A stretch of 18,724 nt of DNA, taken from NCBI GenBank assembly GCA_046726415.1, contig JBKPAK010000217.1, positions 1-18,724 on the forward strand, written 5' to 3'. This stretch comes from Candidatus Methylomirabilota bacterium. Lineage in GTDB: Bacteria > Methylomirabilota > Methylomirabilia > Rokubacteriales > CSP1-6. Positions 16,486 through 18,724 of this stretch are shown piece after piece. Below the pieces are notes generated by a model that was not told where the DNA came from, did not search any database, and was given only the letters and a program-made list of their open reading frames with translations. Each line of letters begins with the position of its first letter. Position 1 is the stretch's first letter. The position numbers were made by a program, and so were the translations under genes.

Positions 16486-16971
16486 TCATCCGGCCCGTTT
16501 CATCCGCGGCGCTTCGCGCTTGCCGGTCGCCGATGGCGTGGCTGATCCCTTCAGGGAGCGGCGCGACACTTCTCTCGCCGCATCGAGCGTCTTCTTGTCC
16601 CCGCGCGAACGGAGGGCGAGGGAGCTGAGGGTGACGATGCCGAGCAGGTGGTTGTCGTCGTCAATGACGGGTAGCCGTCCCACCTGGTACCGGGCCATGG
16701 CCTCCATCGCCTGCTCGACGCTCCAATCGGGATGCGCGCAGATCGGGTCCCCGGTGGCGCAGTCCCCGACTGGGACCGAGGCCAGATCGGCGTTCTCAGC
16801 AATGGCCCGGACGACGAGATCACGATCGGTGATGACGCCTTGAACTTCATCCTCGTCGACTACGGGCAGGATTCCAACGTTTCCCTCGCGCATGCGCTTG
16901 GCCGCCTCGACGAGCGACGCCGATGGCTCGATGGTGATGACTTCCTGGATCATCGCGTCCGCGATCTTCAT
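16486..16971 (-). CDS. CBS-pair domain protein (Hrp1/YhcV-like)
   Basis: MKIADAM...EAAKRM...VGILPVV...GVITDRDLVVRAIA...M...QVGRLPVID...LLGIVTL. Start at ATG 16971 after AAAAAGGGGG. Confidence 0.9.
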   Translation of the reverse strand: MKIADAMIQEVITIEPSASLVEAAKRMREGNVGILPVVDEDEVQGVITDRDLVVRAIAENADLASVPVGDCATGDPICAHPDWSVEQAMEAMARYQVGRLPVIDDDNHLLGIVTLSSLALRSRGDKKTLDAAREVSRRSLKGSATPSATGKREAPRMKRAG

Positions 16972-17014
16972 GACTTGACCCCCTTTTTCCGGCGATCCCA
17001 CCGCCCGCGGGCGA

Positions 17015-17029
17015 GCCACTCGAATGCCG
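17015..17029 (-). promoter_or_regulatory. Sigma54-like motif upstream of the CBS-SOD unit
   Basis: Minus strand CGGCATT-CGAG-TGGC (GG-N10-GC). Implied start near 17003, about 32 nt before the ATG, the same spacing as at the OmpA-domain gene. Confidence 0.45.
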
Positions 17030-17036
17030 CGATGCG

Positions 17037-17052
17037 GGGCATCGGCCTTGCA
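17037..17052 (+). promoter_or_regulatory. Sigma54-like motif on the plus strand with no downstream sense gene
   Basis: GGGCATC-GGCC-TTGCA (GG-N10-GC with TTGCA), back-to-back with the minus-strand motif at 17015-17029. Confidence 0.4.
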
Positions 17053-17151
17053 TGGCCTCTTGGATGTCGTCGTCGGTCCGTCGTTTCACGAAGCGAGGAG
17101 CGTGCCAGCGACAGGCGCTACCTAGCTTCGCACGGACATGTCAGCCAGGGA

Positions 17152-18111
17152 TTACGAGGGGAGGACCTGCCTGTCCTTCCAGAAATCGGCCCACGGATCG
17201 GCACCCGCGAGTCGCTGGTCGAGAGTCCGAATGTTGTGGACGGCCGGATCGAGCGCGGGGTGGACCTCATCCCAGGCCAGCGGAGTCGAGACGGGGGCCC
17301 GCGGACGGCGGCGGACCGAGTAAGACGCGGCAATCGTCTGCCCGAAGGCGTTCCGGAGGGTGTCCACGAAGACACGTCCTCGCCGCTCGCGCTTGGCCAT
17401 CGCCACCGTCACGAGTTGCGGGGCCCGTTCGGCCAGGAGCCGACCCACCTGCCTCGCGAAGCCTCTCACCGCGTCCTGCGTCGGTCCTCGGCGCAGGGGC
17501 ACGAGGACGTGGAGGCCCCGGCCTCCTGACGTCTTCGGATACGAGCGCAACTCACGCTCGTCGAGAATCTCGCGCAGGACCTGGCCGGCCTTGGCCGCAT
17601 CGGCGAAGGCCCCCGAGCCCGGATCCAGGTCGAAGGCCAACCAGTCTGGCCGATCCAGCGACCGCGTCTGGCAGTTCATTAAGTGGATGGCGATACATCC
17701 CAGATTGACCAGCGCCAGCAGGGTCTTTTGGGATCCGCCGACGACGTAGTGAACTGTCCTTCCGGTACTCTCGGCTGCGATCGCCGCTGTGGGGACGCCG
17801 GCCGGCAGGCCCCCCGAGAAGTTCTTCTGAAAGAAGCACTCGCCTCTCATGCCGTCGGGACAGCGTTCGGCGGCCAGCGGTCGACCTCTCATCCATGGAA
17901 TCACACGCGGCGCGATATCGGCGTAGAAGCGGACGACGTCGAGCTTGGTGATTCGGTCCTCCGGCCACCAGATCTTGTCGGGATGGCTGATGGCGATCCC
18001 ACTCACTTGCGCCGTGCTGCGCGTCTGAGCCGGGCCAGTCGGCGTCCGACCGTCAGGGTGCCGGCGGCGCGAGGGGGCAATGGCCTTTGCTGGTCCAATC
18101 AGCTGTCTCAC
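17152..18111 (-). CDS. Stand-alone LigD polymerase (AEP primase-polymerase) domain protein
   Basis: ISHPDKIWWP, TKLDVVRFY, RCPDG..FFQK, PDWLAFDLDP, KTSGGRGLHV, VFVDTLRNAFGQT, YSVR..PVSTPLAWDE. No ligase or phosphoesterase domain. Start uncertain (GTG 18111 or GTG 18204). Confidence 0.9.
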   Translation of the reverse strand: MRQLIGPAKAIAPSRRRHPDGRTPTGPAQTRSTAQVSGIAISHPDKIWWPEDRITKLDVVRFYADIAPRVIPWMRGRPLAAERCPDGMRGECFFQKNFSGGLPAGVPTAAIAAESTGRTVHYVVGGSQKTLLALVNLGCIAIHLMNCQTRSLDRPDWLAFDLDPGSGAFADAAKAGQVLREILDERELRSYPKTSGGRGLHVLVPLRRGPTQDAVRGFARQVGRLLAERAPQLVTVAMAKRERRGRVFVDTLRNAFGQTIAASYSVRRRPRAPVSTPLAWDEVHPALDPAVHNIRTLDQRLAGADPWADFWKDRQVLPS

Positions 18112-18231
18112 TCGGGGCTCTCTGTCCGAGTCGACTCGAAGCGTCGTTGGCGGCGTCACTCTCGAAACGTGCGCGAGCGCCGATCTCGTTCGACGGTCGC
18201 CCACGGAGACGCGAGCGCCAGTCGCGAGACG

Positions 18232-18247
18232 TGCAAAGGGCGCGCCT
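18232..18247 (-). promoter_or_regulatory. Sigma54 -24/-12 motif upstream of the LigD-pol gene
   Basis: Minus strand AGGCGCG-CCCT-TTGCA: one mismatch in the -24 core and a perfect TTGCA. Confidence 0.6.
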
Positions 18248-18283
18248 CCGAGGCGCCCCGCTCGCGCAGATCCGCGCCGAGTG

Positions 18284-18374
18284 CCGCGACGTCCTGCGGC
18301 TCGCAGGACTTCTATAGGCTCGCCTCGGACGGCGGGGCCCCAGCCCCGCGACGTCCTGCGGCTCGCAGGACTTC
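18284..18374. repeat. Two identical 29-bp palindromic repeats separated by 33 bp (REP-like)
   Basis: ccgcgacgtcctgcggctcgcaggacttc at 18284-18312 and 18346-18374, with internal hairpin gtcctgcg-gct-cgcaggac. The second copy overlaps the stop codon of the ABM gene. Confidence 0.92.
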
Positions 18375-18660
18375 ACTCGACCTCTCGGAGTCGCGCGACC
18401 TCGGGGCGTCCATCCATGAACTCGCCCATCTTGCGACCGAGAACCTTGAAGTGCTCGGTGGCCCGATGGCCGTCGACGGCGGCCTGATCGACGTAGCGTT
18501 CCATGAACACATACGTGTGGGCGGCCTCGCCGTGATGCAACGCGTAGAGCGTGCAGCCCGGCTCGCTGGCGTTGACCTTGGCCACGAGCTCCTTGGCCAC
18601 CGCCTCGAAGTCCTTCTCCATTCCCGGCTTTACCTTGAGCGTCGCCACGATACCGAGCAT
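18373..18660 (-). CDS. Antibiotic biosynthesis monooxygenase (ABM) / putative quinol monooxygenase family protein
   Basis: 95 aa, IVATLKVKPG..FE..SEPGCTLYALH..YVFMERY.D..A...HRATEHFK. AGGAGG SD. Confidence 0.88.
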   Translation of the reverse strand: MLGIVATLKVKPGMEKDFEAVAKELVAKVNASEPGCTLYALHHGEAAHTYVFMERYVDQAAVDGHRATEHFKVLGRKMGEFMDGRPEVARLREVE

Positions 18661-18724
18661 GCGCGCCTCCTGGTCGATTCGATGTGCCTGCGACTGTAGA
18701 GAGGGGGGGCCAGCGGTGTCAATG

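Noticed and set aside
18284-18374. CRISPR array (29-bp repeats, 33-bp spacer)
   Set aside because: Only two repeats, no cas genes or AT-rich leader in the window, one repeat overlaps a stop codon, and the spacer recurs with the repeat at 1152-1205.
16732-18699. Plus-strand ORFs 16732-17529, 17052-17708 and 17683-18699
   Set aside because: Antisense shadows spanning the CBS, LigD-pol and ABM genes, with no motifs.

Overview
GC-rich bacterial window (roughly 68-70% GC by eye; gene content suggests Rokubacteria/Methylomirabilota, which is inference only). Left block (1-6054, minus strand): a co-oriented amide/lactam-hydrolysis-type cluster. It has hydantoinase/oxoprolinase A and B subunits (A with a 1-nt frameshift, B with an in-frame TGA), a class A beta-lactamase-like serine hydrolase, a crotonase and a partial amidase. 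Right block (6206-18660): a stress/dormancy-type cluster. It has an OmpA-domain lipoprotein, an HPF/RaiA-family protein, a heavily decayed bacterial aeRF1-like (baeRF/VLRF1) gene, sucA-sucB-lpdA, a GabD1/Sad-type aldehyde dehydrogenase, an atypical Fe/Mn SOD, a CBS-pair protein, a stand-alone LigD polymerase domain and an ABM protein. Non-coding structure not shown by the ORF track: (i) sigma54-type -24/-12 motifs in front of most transcription units of the right block, including a divergent pair flanking tandem TGT-N11-ACA sites and an IHF-like site; (ii) a 32-bp duplication of the HPF ribosome-binding site and start codon that creates an overlapping out-of-frame uORF; (iii) a dispersed palindromic element just after stop codons at three places, one of which mimics a mini-CRISPR. 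All family calls come from motif recognition by eye; no searches were run.
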